A stretch of DNA of 64,000 nt from NCBI GenBank assembly GCA_002840985.1, contig PHDM01000002.1, forward strand, positions 3,662-67,661. The letters are read 5' to 3'. The notes under the pieces are model-generated. The model was not told the DNA's origin and made no database searches. It saw only the letters and a list, made by a program, of their open reading frames with translations. The position numbers and the translations under genes are program-made. Shown in pieces: positions 47,232 through 57,832 of this stretch. Every line of letters starts with the position of its first letter. The stretch's first letter is position 1. Source of the stretch: Bacteroidetes bacterium HGW-Bacteroidetes-17. Lineage in GTDB: Bacteria; Bacteroidota; Bacteroidia; Bacteroidales; GCA-2711565.

Positions 47232-48755
47232 TTATTCTAAGGACCCAACTACTTTTTCAACTTCCTCCAAAATTTCACCTGATTTTACCAAAGCTTTCAT
47301 GGCGTTATGATCGTTGTAAAGGGGACGGTCAATATCAAGGAATTCAACATATTTTCGGATGACTTCTTTGGCTTTTGTTACCCCATGCCCGAAATTATAT
47401 TCCCTGAAATCGAGAGCCTGGGCAGCTGCCATAAATTCGATTCCAAGTATGCCATAAGCATTATCCAGAATTTGATTGTTTTTAAGTGCCGTGTTCATAC
47501 CCATCGAAACAAAATCTTCCTGATCGGCTGCGGCCGGAATTGATTGTACAAATGCAGGAGCGGATAAAATTCGTTGCTCAACAATTTGCATATCGGCAGT
47601 GTACTGACTCAACATCAATCCTGAAAACATTCCGGCTCCCTTCGTTAAAAATGCAGGCAATCCGACACTTAAAGCAGGGTTATTCAATCGGTTCATTCTT
47701 CGTTCACTCATAACCGAAACCATGGTAATACAAGCTCCTGCCATATCAACAGGCACAGAAACAGGGGTTCCCTGGAAGTTTGCACCTGATAATTGCAGGT
47801 TTTCATCGGGGAAGAAAATTGGATTATCACCAACTCCGTTCAATTCAATTTCAACTTGTGATCGGGCATAAGCCAGAGCATCATGAGCTGCACCCACAAC
47901 CTGTGGAGTCGATCGCATAGAGTAAGCATCCTGCACCTTGCATTTTACTTTTCCTTCTTTCAAATCACCGCCATTTACCAACTTATTAATGGCATTGGCA
48001 CTTCGGATAGCACCTTTAAAACCTCTTACTTCATGCAATTTAGGAGTATAAGGCTTCATGTTTGCTTTCAATGCTTCGAGCGACATGGCCGCGGCAATTT
48101 CAGCCTGCTTTAACCAACGATTTGCATCGTAAAGGAAAATTGCACTCATGGCTGTTAAAACATTGGAACCATTGATGGTTGCCAATCCGTCGCGTGCCTG
48201 TAATCCCGGGATTTTGATTCCTGCTTTTTTTAAAGCTTCTTTTCCATGAAGAAGTTCACCTTTATAATAGGCTTTTCCTTCACCCATCATCAATAAAGCA
48301 ATTTGCGACATGGGGGCCAGATCACCTGAAGCTCCCACGGAGCCTTTTTCGCAAACGTATGGTGTAACACCTTTATTTAGCATATCCACCAAAGTTTGGG
48401 TAATTTCAATTCTTACTCCTGAATTTCCATGGGCATGAACGTTAATCCGTCCCAGCATTGCTCCACGAACATGCTCCAATGGCATGGCATCGCCGATACC
48501 TGCTGCATGATTGTATATCAGGTATTTTTGAAAATCTTTTACCTGATCATCGTTTAATACTACTTCCGAAAATTCACCGATTCCTGTATTTACGCCATAC
48601 ATGATTTCACCTGCTATGATTTTGTTTTCAAGCATGGTGCGGCATTTATTAATTCTCTTTATTGCATCTGGGTGTAATTCCACTTTTTTTGAATGACGGG
48701 CTACCGCTACTACGTCCTTTATGGTTAATCCCGATCCTGTAATAATGTAAGTCAT
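47232..48755 (-). CDS. Aromatic amino acid/histidine ammonia-lyase family enzyme (MIO-dependent), second paralog
   Basis: 507 aa. MIO-forming GSVGASGDLAPM; YGVNTGIGEFSE and YNHAAGIG differ from the canonical HutH blocks. Confidence 0.8.
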   Translation of the reverse strand: MTYIITGSGLTIKDVVAVARHSKKVELHPDAIKRINKCRTMLENKIIAGEIMYGVNTGIGEFSEVVLNDDQVKDFQKYLIYNHAAGIGDAMPLEHVRGAMLGRINVHAHGNSGVRIEITQTLVDMLNKGVTPYVCEKGSVGASGDLAPMSQIALLMMGEGKAYYKGELLHGKEALKKAGIKIPGLQARDGLATINGSNVLTAMSAIFLYDANRWLKQAEIAAAMSLEALKANMKPYTPKLHEVRGFKGAIRSANAINKLVNGGDLKEGKVKCKVQDAYSMRSTPQVVGAAHDALAYARSQVEIELNGVGDNPIFFPDENLQLSGANFQGTPVSVPVDMAGACITMVSVMSERRMNRLNNPALSVGLPAFLTKGAGMFSGLMLSQYTADMQIVEQRILSAPAFVQSIPAAADQEDFVSMGMNTALKNNQILDNAYGILGIEFMAAAQALDFREYNFGHGVTKAKEVIRKYVEFLDIDRPLYNDHNAMKALVKSGEILEEVEKVVGSLE

Positions 48756-48877
48756 ATTTTTATGTTTTTAGGTGTTTTATATTTTAGTTTTTAATTTTGC
48801 GCATATTCTTAATATTCAATGCATAAGTCATATATTTTTTCATTATCAAATTAACTCATTGACAAATCGGCACATTA

Positions 48878-50395
48878 TTATACATCCTCTCTCAAAGCAT
48901 CCGGTATATTTAAGGGTATTGATTGCAGGAAGCTGACCGTGATGTTCATTGCATCACTCATAATTTGATCATCTTCAATAAAACTAACAACCTTCCGATA
49001 TTCTCCAATAAATTCTTCAATAAAAGGGGACGATTTTTTTGGTCTTCTGAATTCCAAAGCCTGTGCTGCATTAAATAATTCGATGGCCAAAATCCGTTCC
49101 AGATTCTGTACAACTTTATAACCTTTGGTGGCAGCATTTGCTCCCATGCTTACATGATCTTCCTGTCCTTGAGATGATTCGATGGTATCAACAGAAGCCG
49201 GGGTGCAAAGCTGCTTGTTCTGGCTCACGATTGAAGCTGCCGTATATTGTGGTATCATAAAACCCGAATTTAAGCCGGGGTTAGCAACCAAAAAGGCCGG
49301 TAAATTTCTTTTACCCGAAAGCAGTTGGTAAGTCCTTCGTTCAGAAATGCTTCCCCATTCGGCTACCGCAATCGCCAGATTATCTAAAGCAAGTGCCAAA
49401 GGTTGTCCATGGAAATTTCCTCCCGAAATAATCAAATCTTCATCCGGGAAAATAGTTGGATTATCCGTTACGGCATTAATTTCACAGGAAAACACATAAG
49501 CTACATAATTCAATGCATCTTTTGATGCGCCGTGAACCTGGGGGATGCAACGGAATGAATAAGGATCCTGTACATGTTCTTTAGGTTGGTTGATAATTTC
49601 ACTCCCTTCGAGCAGCATTCGGATGCGCTCAGCGGTTTTAATTTGCCCAATATGAAAGCGAATTTGATGCACCAAATCGTTGAACGGTTCTATTCTTCCA
49701 TCAAAAGCTTCTAGTGATACTGCACTGATAATATCTGCCAATTGTGAAAGTCGGATGGTTTTTAGTACACTAATAACGCCATAAGCACTCATAAATTGGG
49801 TGCCATTTAGCAATGCCAGACCTTCTTTGGATCTAAGTGAAATGGGTTCCCATTTTAGTTCTTTGTACACCGAATCTGTATTCCGTTTCTCACCTTTATA
49901 ATAAACCTGTCCCAGTCCAAGTAAAGGCAACGACATATGCGCAAGTGGCGATAAATCGCCGGAAGCACCTAATGAGCCCAGTTGGTAGACAATGGGTAAA
50001 ATGTCATAATTAAAGAACGCCACCAGGCGTTCGACGGTACTTAATTGAATCCCTGAATGACCGTACGATAGAGATTGGATCTTCAGCAAAATCATCAGTT
50101 TTACGATTTCTCGGGGTACTTCTTCACCCATTCCACAGGCATGTGATTTAACCAGATTACTTTGCAGCGTGCCCAATTCTTCATGTGAGATCCGATGATT
50201 GCAAAGCGAACCAAATCCTGTATTGATGCCATAAATAGGCTCATCTTGCGAAGCCATTTTGTCGTCAAGATATTGACGGCATTTCAGGATCCTTTTTTTC
50301 GATTCATCCGATAATTCGATTTTGTAATCTTCTTTTAATATATGATAGATGATCTTAAAAGTCAGTTTTTCAGGACTAATTTGATGTATTTTCAT
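48878..50395 (-). CDS. hutH: Histidine ammonia-lyase
   Basis: 505 aa. YGINTGFGSL, KSHACGMG (Ser-His selectivity pair), GSLGASGDLSPLAH, NGTQFM. Confidence 0.85.
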   Translation of the reverse strand: MKIHQISPEKLTFKIIYHILKEDYKIELSDESKKRILKCRQYLDDKMASQDEPIYGINTGFGSLCNHRISHEELGTLQSNLVKSHACGMGEEVPREIVKLMILLKIQSLSYGHSGIQLSTVERLVAFFNYDILPIVYQLGSLGASGDLSPLAHMSLPLLGLGQVYYKGEKRNTDSVYKELKWEPISLRSKEGLALLNGTQFMSAYGVISVLKTIRLSQLADIISAVSLEAFDGRIEPFNDLVHQIRFHIGQIKTAERIRMLLEGSEIINQPKEHVQDPYSFRCIPQVHGASKDALNYVAYVFSCEINAVTDNPTIFPDEDLIISGGNFHGQPLALALDNLAIAVAEWGSISERRTYQLLSGKRNLPAFLVANPGLNSGFMIPQYTAASIVSQNKQLCTPASVDTIESSQGQEDHVSMGANAATKGYKVVQNLERILAIELFNAAQALEFRRPKKSSPFIEEFIGEYRKVVSFIEDDQIMSDAMNITVSFLQSIPLNIPDALREDV

Positions 50396-50703
50396 TTTCT
50401 TATATAAATGAATAATTCAATTTAATATCAGTTTAGCGAGTCGTTAAACCGGAAATTTAAATTTTAGGAAAATTGATTGTAAAATGGATAATCGAAATAT
50501 AAAATTATCGATGATCCTAAATTTCCGATCTCGTGCGAATTGGCTGAGCGCACACAATGATCGGACTTAGCAGAGTGAAGTACGATTAACTTTAATTTTA
50601 AACTTTAATGACCAGTTCATCGCTATTTTTTGTGAGGTTAAAAGTATAAATTATTTATATTCAATGCTAAAGAAAAATTATTTTATTTTGCATTAAAATA
50701 AAA

Positions 50704-51036
50704 ATGATGAAAAATCAAACAGCCGAAAATCCTTTAAAACATCTTCATGAACAGGAAGCCGTATTGGTCTATTTTTTCTCAAATCATTGTGCCCCATGTC
50801 TAAGCCTTCGCCCTAAGGTTGAACAATTGATTAAATCGGAATTTCCCAGAATGCAACTGGTATTTATTGATGCTGAGGCGGAAATGGAAATTTCAGCTTC
50901 ATATCAGGTGTATGCCAGCCCTACCATCATTTTGTTTTTTGATGGAAAAGAGACCAAGCGATACAGCAAATTCATCTCTATGACAGAATTGGAGCAAAGT
51001 ATCGAGCGGTATTATAAAATGATTTTTGAGGAATAA
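50704..51036 (+). CDS. Thioredoxin-fold protein
   Basis: 110 aa. FFSNHCAPCLSL (CxxC) and cis-Pro region YASPTIILF. Confidence 0.75.
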   Translation: MMKNQTAENPLKHLHEQEAVLVYFFSNHCAPCLSLRPKVEQLIKSEFPRMQLVFIDAEAEMEISASYQVYASPTIILFFDGKETKRYSKFISMTELEQSIERYYKMIFEE

Positions 51037-51038
51037 AT

Positions 51039-52073
51039 TTGGTGATGGATGCAAAATTTTTGAGCCAGTGTTTTCATGATCTTTACCAGTTGGGGTTAAC
51101 TACTTCTTCAGGTGGCAATATATCAATGTTGCAATCTGATGAAATTGTTTGTATTTCTCCTTCTCAAATCGATAAAGCATATTTAAAGCCACATGATTTT
51201 GCATTTTTAAGTTTGAAGGGTGAGCAACTGGGAAATAATAAGCCTTCGATGGAATATCCTTTTCATTTATCCCTTTACAGAAAATTTCCCCATATCAAAA
51301 CAGTGGTACATATTCATCCGCCTGCATTTGTTGCACTAAGCCTTCTTTCAAAAAACGATTATGAGTTGAAAGGGAAAAGTGAAAAATTCAATTTAGGATT
51401 TGCCGATTATGCAATTCCTGGAAGTGATTTATTAGGTGTAAATGTCTGTGAAGCATTTAATAATGAGATAGATGTAGTTTTGATGCAAAATCATGGAGTA
51501 ATTGCAATCGGTAAAGAATTGAGTGTTGTGATTGAACGAATTATTGAATTAAACCAGGCCATCATAAAGCATTTTAACCTGGGTTCAATTCTTGATAATT
51601 TTTCACTAACTGGGAAATTCAATCTTAAATCCAAAAATTCTTCCCGCTTTTATGAAGTAAGAGCCAGGCACTTTTTAAGTGTAAAGAATGAGGTAAAAAT
51701 GGTCGAGGATCAGGAAAGAGATTTGTTTACTGTCGCTATTCATTTGAAATCTTTAGGTTTGCTTGCTCTATCGAAATTCTCAACTCATATCATCCCGGAA
51801 AGTTTTCTGATCTTAAGGGATCCGCTTTTTCAAAATAAAAAATTTGATAAAGCACAAATTGATGATTACCTTAAATTATTCGATGATCAAATGAATGTTT
51901 TGATTTTTATGGATGGATGGGCTTTGATTTGTGGAACTTCTCTTTATAATTTATACGATAAAATGGAGGTGCTTGATTTTACAGCTAAAGTAACTTTAAT
52001 TGCCCAAAAGATGGGGCAGTTTGATTTGCTTTCTGATTCTCAAATTTTGGAATTAAAAGAGAAATTTTTATAA
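51039..52073 (+). CDS. Class II aldolase/adducin-domain protein with a ~150-aa C-terminal extension
   Basis: SSGGNIS, PSMEYPFH, HIHPP and QNHGVIAIG motifs in the first ~185 aa. Start is TTG 51039 or ATG 51045. Confidence 0.7.
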   Translation: MVMDAKFLSQCFHDLYQLGLTTSSGGNISMLQSDEIVCISPSQIDKAYLKPHDFAFLSLKGEQLGNNKPSMEYPFHLSLYRKFPHIKTVVHIHPPAFVALSLLSKNDYELKGKSEKFNLGFADYAIPGSDLLGVNVCEAFNNEIDVVLMQNHGVIAIGKELSVVIERIIELNQAIIKHFNLGSILDNFSLTGKFNLKSKNSSRFYEVRARHFLSVKNEVKMVEDQERDLFTVAIHLKSLGLLALSKFSTHIIPESFLILRDPLFQNKKFDKAQIDDYLKLFDDQMNVLIFMDGWALICGTSLYNLYDKMEVLDFTAKVTLIAQKMGQFDLLSDSQILELKEKFL

Positions 52074-52188
52074 ACGGGATGACGTCCCGAATTAAGAGAA
52101 TTTGAAAATGTGCTGATTTGAAAATTTGAAAATAAAAAAAGTTGAACCTTGATACTTCTCAACTTTTGAGCTTCTGAACTTTTGAACT

Positions 52189-53553
52189 TCAATAAGTAAA
52201 TTCCTTAATCAGTTCTTCAATGCTTATTTTTCGCTGATCACCCGATTCCATATTTTTTAAGGTGATGAGGTTTTCGTTCATTTCTGATTCACCGACAAGT
52301 GCGACGAAGCGTATTTTCTTGCTATCGGCATAACTCATCTGTTTTTTCATCCGGCCTGAATCAGGGAAAAGCTCTGCATTGATTCCTGCTTGTCGAAGTC
52401 GGGTGACTGCTTTAAGGCAATATTGTGCTTCTTTAAATCCAAAATTAGCAAACATGATTTGTGTGCCAATTTGTGCACTTTCAGGAAACAGATCGAGTTC
52501 GTTCATCACGTCGAATATGCGATCGGCACCAAACGAAACACCTACTCCTGAAACATTGGGCAATCCAAAAATTCCGGTCAGGTCATCATATCTTCCGCCT
52601 CCGCAAATACTTCCCATTTGGGCATCTTTTGCTTTCACTTCAAAAATGGCTCCGGTATAATAATTGAGTCCGCGTGCAAGGGTCAAATCGAGGGTCCAAT
52701 GGGTTTTTAGGTCCAGTTCTTTTAAATATTTCATGATGGTCATGGTTTCTTCCAAGCCACGCATCCCGATTTCCGAATCTTGTAAAATTTCCATCAACTT
52801 TGGAAATTTCTCCTTTAAAATTCCTTCAAGCAAAATAATGGGTTGCAGCTTATCAATCGCATCTTTTTGAATTCCTTTTTCAGCCAGTTCGGCATTTACG
52901 GCTTCGAGCCCGATTTTATCCAATTTATCAATGGCAATGGTGATGTCAATAATTCTGTCAGGCTCGCCAATAATTTCAGCAATACCTGCTAATATTTTTC
53001 GGTTGTTGATTTTTACTTCGGTTTCAATTCCCAATCTTCGGAAAATAGCATCAATAATCAAAACCAACTCGACCTCATTCAATAAAGCATCGCTTCCAAT
53101 CACGTCCACATCACATTGATAAAATTCGCGGTAACGGCCTTTTTGCGGACGATCGGCTCTCCAAACCGGTTGTATCTGATAACGTTTAAAAGGAAATGTA
53201 ATTTCGTTTTGATGCTGAACCACATAACGGGCAAAAGGAACGGTTAAATCGTATTTTAATCCTTTTTCGGAGATAAAAGTGGCAAACTTATTTGCATCGG
53301 TTGTTGCTTTTTGATCCTCATTCAGCTTACCCAAAAATTCCCCGGAATTCAGTACTTTAAAAAGCAAACGGTCACCTTCTTCGCCATATTTTCCCATGAG
53401 GGTCGAAAGGTTTTCCATGGCCGGAGTTTCGATGGGTTGGTAACCATATAATTTAAATACCTCACGAATGGTATCGAAAATATAATTTCTCTTGATCATC
53501 ACTTCTGGTGAAAAATCGCGGGTTCCTTTAGGAATTGAAGGTTTTTGAGCCAT
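52189..53553 (-). CDS. hisS: Histidine--tRNA ligase
   Basis: 454 aa. GTRDF, class II motif 2 ([26 protein letters not shown]), motif 3 (GGGRYD), C-terminal anticodon-binding domain. Confidence 0.93.
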   Translation of the reverse strand: MAQKPSIPKGTRDFSPEVMIKRNYIFDTIREVFKLYGYQPIETPAMENLSTLMGKYGEEGDRLLFKVLNSGEFLGKLNEDQKATTDANKFATFISEKGLKYDLTVPFARYVVQHQNEITFPFKRYQIQPVWRADRPQKGRYREFYQCDVDVIGSDALLNEVELVLIIDAIFRRLGIETEVKINNRKILAGIAEIIGEPDRIIDITIAIDKLDKIGLEAVNAELAEKGIQKDAIDKLQPIILLEGILKEKFPKLMEILQDSEIGMRGLEETMTIMKYLKELDLKTHWTLDLTLARGLNYYTGAIFEVKAKDAQMGSICGGGRYDDLTGIFGLPNVSGVGVSFGADRIFDVMNELDLFPESAQIGTQIMFANFGFKEAQYCLKAVTRLRQAGINAELFPDSGRMKKQMSYADSKKIRFVALVGESEMNENLITLKNMESGDQRKISIEELIKEFTY

Positions 53554-53599
53554 TTCTTCTTGATTAATCTTTATTGCAAAAGTAGGGCATTTTCTTTGT

Positions 53600-54073
53600 T
53601 TACAAAAGTTTCAGTTTTCTTAGGAGTGAATTAGTATACTGGGCACATCCGGCCTCACCTTCCGAAGGTGCCCAGACAGCAAAATTTTTATCATCCGATG
53701 CATCCCAGGGACCATCTTTTATTTCATAAACTAAACTATCATTCTCAAGAGTGATTAAGGTATGCCAGGACTTGGGTTGTATTTCTACCCCATAATTACC
53801 AATGTTTGAATCCAAAATAAGATGGTCAATAATAGCTCCTTCTTCTGAAAATTCAATGACTAAAACCCGTCCTTTTAAGATGATAAAAGTTTCCATCTTG
53901 TCCGGATTTTCATGTTTGTGCGGTTGCACGTAAGTTTCTGGATTTGTAGCATGGATCATACGATGGATGCGATCGGAAAAATGTTGATGAAAATTGAAAT
54001 TCGTTCTCTTTCTATCTGATTTTCTTGCTTCCTGGATGAGCGGATTGGTTATTTGTTTTGTGATGTGTATCAT
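53600..54073 (-). CDS. WbuC-family cupin-fold protein
   Basis: 157 aa. [18 protein letters not shown] cupin motif and overall size. Confidence 0.55.
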   Translation of the reverse strand: MIHITKQITNPLIQEARKSDRKRTNFNFHQHFSDRIHRMIHATNPETYVQPHKHENPDKMETFIILKGRVLVIEFSEEGAIIDHLILDSNIGNYGVEIQPKSWHTLITLENDSLVYEIKDGPWDASDDKNFAVWAPSEGEAGCAQYTNSLLRKLKLL

Positions 54074-54107
54074 ATTTAAAATCTAAGAATTATTCAAAAA
54101 TACTATT

Positions 54108-54243
54108 TTAACCTGAGTTCGATCTAAGAATTTTATGTGAGGCATAATCCGGCATGTACGAAATTTAACCTTTTAATCTACTAAGACGTTAGATATTAGA
54201 AGTTAGATTCCAGACTACTAACTAGAAGTTAGACTATGGATTA
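54108..54243 (+). repeat. Family B repeat, truncated copy D with an internal duplication
   Basis: TTAACCTGAGTTCGATCTAAG...CTAAGACGTTAGATATTAGAAGTTAGATTCCAGACTACTAACTAGAAGTTAGACTATGGATTA. Confidence 0.75.
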
Positions 54244-54280
54244 TTTTTGTCTAATTGAGAATTAGGCAAAACGATCCGAA

Positions 54281-55132
54281 CTAGCTCGCTCTGTATTCTC
54301 CCGGTGTTTTACCCGTTATTTTTTTAAATTTCCGGTTAAAGTTTGTAAGGTTGTTAAACCCAACTTCAAACCCAATTTCTGAAATGGTCCTGTCGTTTCT
54401 ACTGAGCAATTTCTGAGCTTCTCCAATTCTTAAATCATTCACTAATCCGGTAAAAGTTTTTCGGGTTCTTTTCTTAATGTATCGGCAAAAGGATGGAGTA
54501 CTCATATGAGCAGTCTTAGCGGCTTCATCCAAACTTGGATTTTCATTAAAGTTTTCAAGAATGTATTCATAAACTGCCGAAAGCTTTTTATCTCCCGTTT
54601 CTGATGATTTTATGATTTCTGCATTAGGATTGAGCATCCGTTTTTCACGATGTTCATTCAGCAGTTCGAGTAGCAATATAAATAATTGGAATTTCGTTAG
54701 GGGAGAGGCTGTGAACATCTTTCTAAATGTGAACTGAATTTCACCCATGGTTGATTCTATTATAATCCCTTTTGAAAAGTCTACTGAAAACTTCCCAAGT
54801 ATTTGTAATTCTTTAAAATCATAAAAAAGTCGATCGAAAATATACTGATTAAAAAAAACAGAAATGGAATGCGAGATTTTATTATTGTTTTCGTAATAAA
54901 TTTTATCCGAAAGAAAAACGTGTGGATCATTTTGACCAATGATAAATAGATTCCCCGGCTTAAATCTGCCTCTTTTTCCTCCGATAATGAACTCCCCTTC
55001 ACCTTTTAATATAAGGGTGATCTGAATTTCGGGATGATAATGAAGAAACCCGTAAAAATAGGGTTCTTTGTCCTCTTCAAGCTTGATGCTTCCCTCATCA
55101 TTCTTCGGGATTTTAAAAAGTATTGCTTTCAT
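54281..55132 (-). CDS. AraC family transcriptional regulator (cupin sensor plus HTH_18)
   Basis: 283 aa. N-terminal cupin-like domain; C-terminal SLDEAAKTAHMSTPSFCRYIKK...ISEIGFEVGFNNLTNFNRKFKK. Confidence 0.88.
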   Translation of the reverse strand: MKAILFKIPKNDEGSIKLEEDKEPYFYGFLHYHPEIQITLILKGEGEFIIGGKRGRFKPGNLFIIGQNDPHVFLSDKIYYENNNKISHSISVFFNQYIFDRLFYDFKELQILGKFSVDFSKGIIIESTMGEIQFTFRKMFTASPLTKFQLFILLLELLNEHREKRMLNPNAEIIKSSETGDKKLSAVYEYILENFNENPSLDEAAKTAHMSTPSFCRYIKKRTRKTFTGLVNDLRIGEAQKLLSRNDRTISEIGFEVGFNNLTNFNRKFKKITGKTPGEYRAS

Positions 55133-55310
55133 TATGGATTGATCATTATTAAACCTGACTCATTCGATTTGTTTTAGGGATGATCAAAATTAACAATAAA
55201 AATATTTAAAAAGGTTAAAATAGTGTTGATATTTGATAATATCGATGAAGTGTAATGAAATATAAAGAAGTAATATTGTACCTAAATAAATATTTAAATA
55301 AAATTGATAT

Positions 55311-56225
55311 ATGAAAGTTGAATGGAAAGGAGTTTATCCTGCAGTTACAACAAAGTTTACCGCGGATGATAAATTAGATTTAAAAACATTCGGATTAAAT
55401 ATTAATGCTCAACTTGAAGCAGGAGTGAGTGGGATCGTTTTGGGTGGAACACTTGGTGAGGCAAGTACTTTAAGCAATGAAGAAAAAACGGTACTCGTTA
55501 AAGAAACCATCAATTTGGTTGAGGGAAAGATTCCTGTTATTATTAATGTAGCGGAACAATCAACCAGAGGTGCGATAAAAGCCGCTGAAACAGCTCAAAA
55601 AAATGGTGCTCACGGTTTAATGCTTTTACCCCCGATGAGGTATAAAGCAACCGATCATGAAACACTGGTTTATTTTAAGGAAATAGCAGCTGCTACTGAT
55701 TTGCCAATTATGATTTATAACAATCCTGTAGATTATAAAATTGAAGTGACACCGGATATGTTTGAAGAATTACAAACTGTAAAAAACATTCAGGCAGTGA
55801 AGGAATCAACCAGGGATATTAGTAATGTAACCCGAATGATCAATCGATTTGGTGATCGATATAAAATCTTGACCGGAGTTGATACCTTAGGTCTGGAATC
55901 TTTATTGATGGGAGCTGATGGTTGGGTCGCAGGATTGGTTTGTGCATTTCCGCGAGAAACTGTGGCAATCTTTCGACTTGCAAAGGCCGGTAAGATTGAA
56001 GAAGCTTTAATGATTTATCGATGGTTTCTTCCACTACTTGAGCTGGATGTAAATCCGCAACTGGTTCAGAATATTAAATTGGCAGAAGTAGCAACCGGAA
56101 TCGGCACTGAAAATGTAAGGGCACCAAGGTTACCACTTATAGGCGATGAAAGAAAAAGAGTGCTTCGGATCATAGATTTTGCATTAAAAACGCGACCGAT
56201 TTTGCCAAATTATTTAGATTTATAA
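55311..56225 (+). CDS. DapA/DHDPS-family enzyme, probable 1-pyrroline-4-hydroxy-2-carboxylate deaminase
   Basis: 304 aa. GGTLGE, YNNP and AVKEST (Schiff-base Lys) motifs. Function inferred from the hydroxyproline cluster context. Confidence 0.7.
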   Translation: MKVEWKGVYPAVTTKFTADDKLDLKTFGLNINAQLEAGVSGIVLGGTLGEASTLSNEEKTVLVKETINLVEGKIPVIINVAEQSTRGAIKAAETAQKNGAHGLMLLPPMRYKATDHETLVYFKEIAAATDLPIMIYNNPVDYKIEVTPDMFEELQTVKNIQAVKESTRDISNVTRMINRFGDRYKILTGVDTLGLESLLMGADGWVAGLVCAFPRETVAIFRLAKAGKIEEALMIYRWFLPLLELDVNPQLVQNIKLAEVATGIGTENVRAPRLPLIGDERKRVLRIIDFALKTRPILPNYLDL

Positions 56226-56237
56226 AAAAATATTAAA

Positions 56238-57824
56238 ATGATAACAGGTAAAAACAATATTGGAAATAAGCAAAGTAATAAGGGCAATCAAATTTTTAAC
56301 ACATATAATGCTACAACGGGAGAACCATTAAGTGATCGATTTTATGCAGCGACCGATGATGAAGTTGAAGAGGCAGTGAGTTTAGCTAAATTTGCTTTCC
56401 CCATTTATAGTAAAACATCGCAGAAAAAAAGAGCTAAATTCCTGGCTGCGATTGCAGATGAAATCATGAATTTGGGTGAGGTTCTTATTAAGCGTGCTTC
56501 ACTTGAAACTGCATTGCCGGAAGCGAGATTGGAAGGTGAAAGGGGAAGAACGGTGAACCAGTTGAGAATGTTTGCAAAATTATTGGAGGAGGGTAATTGG
56601 GTAAAGGCTAGCATTGATACAGCCATGCCCGATCGTCAACCAATTCCGAAACCTGATTTAAGAAAAATGTTTAAAGCTTTGGGCCCTGTGGTCGTTTTTG
56701 GAGCAAGTAATTTCCCATTGGCTTATTCGACTGCGGGCGGAGATACCGCATCAGCACTGGCAGCCGGATGTCCGGTAATTGTGAAATCTCATCCTGCACA
56801 TGCCGGCACAGGAGAACTGGTAAGTGGGGCCATTTTGAAAGCGGCCGAAAAAACGGGTATGCCAAATGGCGTATTTTCAAACCTGAATGATGCCGGTTAT
56901 ACTGTTGGTACTGCGCTTGTAAAAACCCCTGCAATTAAAGCAGTCGGGTTTACAGGCTCACAACGAGGAGGAAGGGCCCTGATGGATCATGCTGCGCAAC
57001 GGGAAGAACCTATCCCGGTTTATGCAGAAATGGGAAGTATTAATCCGGTTCTTTTATTGGAAGAAGCAATTAAAAAGCGAGCTGTGGAATTCGGCAAAAT
57101 ATACGCAGGATCCGTTACATTAGGCGTAGGGCAGTTTTGTACAAATCCCGGATTAATGATTGGAATTGAAGGTGAATCCTTGAATGCTTTTATTCAAAGT
57201 TTAGCTGAAGAAATCAAAAAAGCATTGCCGGAAGAAATGCTCACGGATGGGATCGCTGCAGCCTATTCAAGCGGGTTGGATAAAGTTCTATCTCAAAAAA
57301 ATGTAAAAGTTGAAGGAGTGACTACCACCGAAAATAGCAAGTTGCAAAGCAGGCCATTGCTTGCCTCGACGAGTGGGAATAATTTCATCAACAACCCTAA
57401 TTTGCACGAGGAAGTTTTTGGCCCATTTTCGTTAGTAGTAAAATGTAAGGATAAAGCTGAATTAAAATTAGTTGTTGAAAAATTAAAGGGCCAACTTACC
57501 GCAACAGTAATTGCTGAAGAAAATGAAATCGTTGAGTATTCAGAAATCATTGAATCATTGAGTAATAAGGTTGGCCGGATTATTTTCAATGGGGTTCCAA
57601 CGGGGGTGGAGGTTTGTCCATCCATGCATCACGGAGGACCTTATCCTGCAAGTTCCGATTCTAAATTTACGGCGGTTGGAGTTGATGCCATTACTAGATT
57701 TGTACGTCCCTTAAGTTATCAGAACTGGCCTGAAAATTTATTGCCAGATGAACTCAAGAATTCAAATCCATTGGGAATCTGGAGAACTGTAAATGGTAAA
57801 TTATCTCAGGATCAAATTTTATAA
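56238..57824 (+). CDS. Aldehyde dehydrogenase, probable alpha-ketoglutarate semialdehyde dehydrogenase
   Basis: 528 aa. VFGASNFPLA, GFTGS, EMGSINP, and catalytic Cys in GVGQFCTNPG. Confidence 0.75.
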   Translation: MITGKNNIGNKQSNKGNQIFNTYNATTGEPLSDRFYAATDDEVEEAVSLAKFAFPIYSKTSQKKRAKFLAAIADEIMNLGEVLIKRASLETALPEARLEGERGRTVNQLRMFAKLLEEGNWVKASIDTAMPDRQPIPKPDLRKMFKALGPVVVFGASNFPLAYSTAGGDTASALAAGCPVIVKSHPAHAGTGELVSGAILKAAEKTGMPNGVFSNLNDAGYTVGTALVKTPAIKAVGFTGSQRGGRALMDHAAQREEPIPVYAEMGSINPVLLLEEAIKKRAVEFGKIYAGSVTLGVGQFCTNPGLMIGIEGESLNAFIQSLAEEIKKALPEEMLTDGIAAAYSSGLDKVLSQKNVKVEGVTTTENSKLQSRPLLASTSGNNFINNPNLHEEVFGPFSLVVKCKDKAELKLVVEKLKGQLTATVIAEENEIVEYSEIIESLSNKVGRIIFNGVPTGVEVCPSMHHGGPYPASSDSKFTAVGVDAITRFVRPLSYQNWPENLLPDELKNSNPLGIWRTVNGKLSQDQIL

Positions 57825-57832
57825 TTTTTTTG

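Noticed and set aside
50396-50703. T-box or histidine attenuator controlling hutH or nearby hisS
   Set aside because: There is no specifier or T-box sequence and no His-codon-rich leader peptide. T-box elements are not expected in this phylum. The region is kept only as an unclassified structured element.
52178-52196. Short match (ACTTTTGAACTTCAATAAG) to the CTTTTGAACTAATAAG segment of the family B repeat, overlapping the hisS stop
   Set aside because: Only ~17 nt of similarity with no flanking repeat sequence. It cannot be distinguished from chance in AT-rich DNA.
54262-54290. TAGTTCGGATC at the AraC stop codon as an inverted second terminus of family B copy D
   Set aside because: Similarity to the AGTTCGATCT terminus is limited to about 10 nt and decays immediately. 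That is insufficient to call a terminal inverted repeat.
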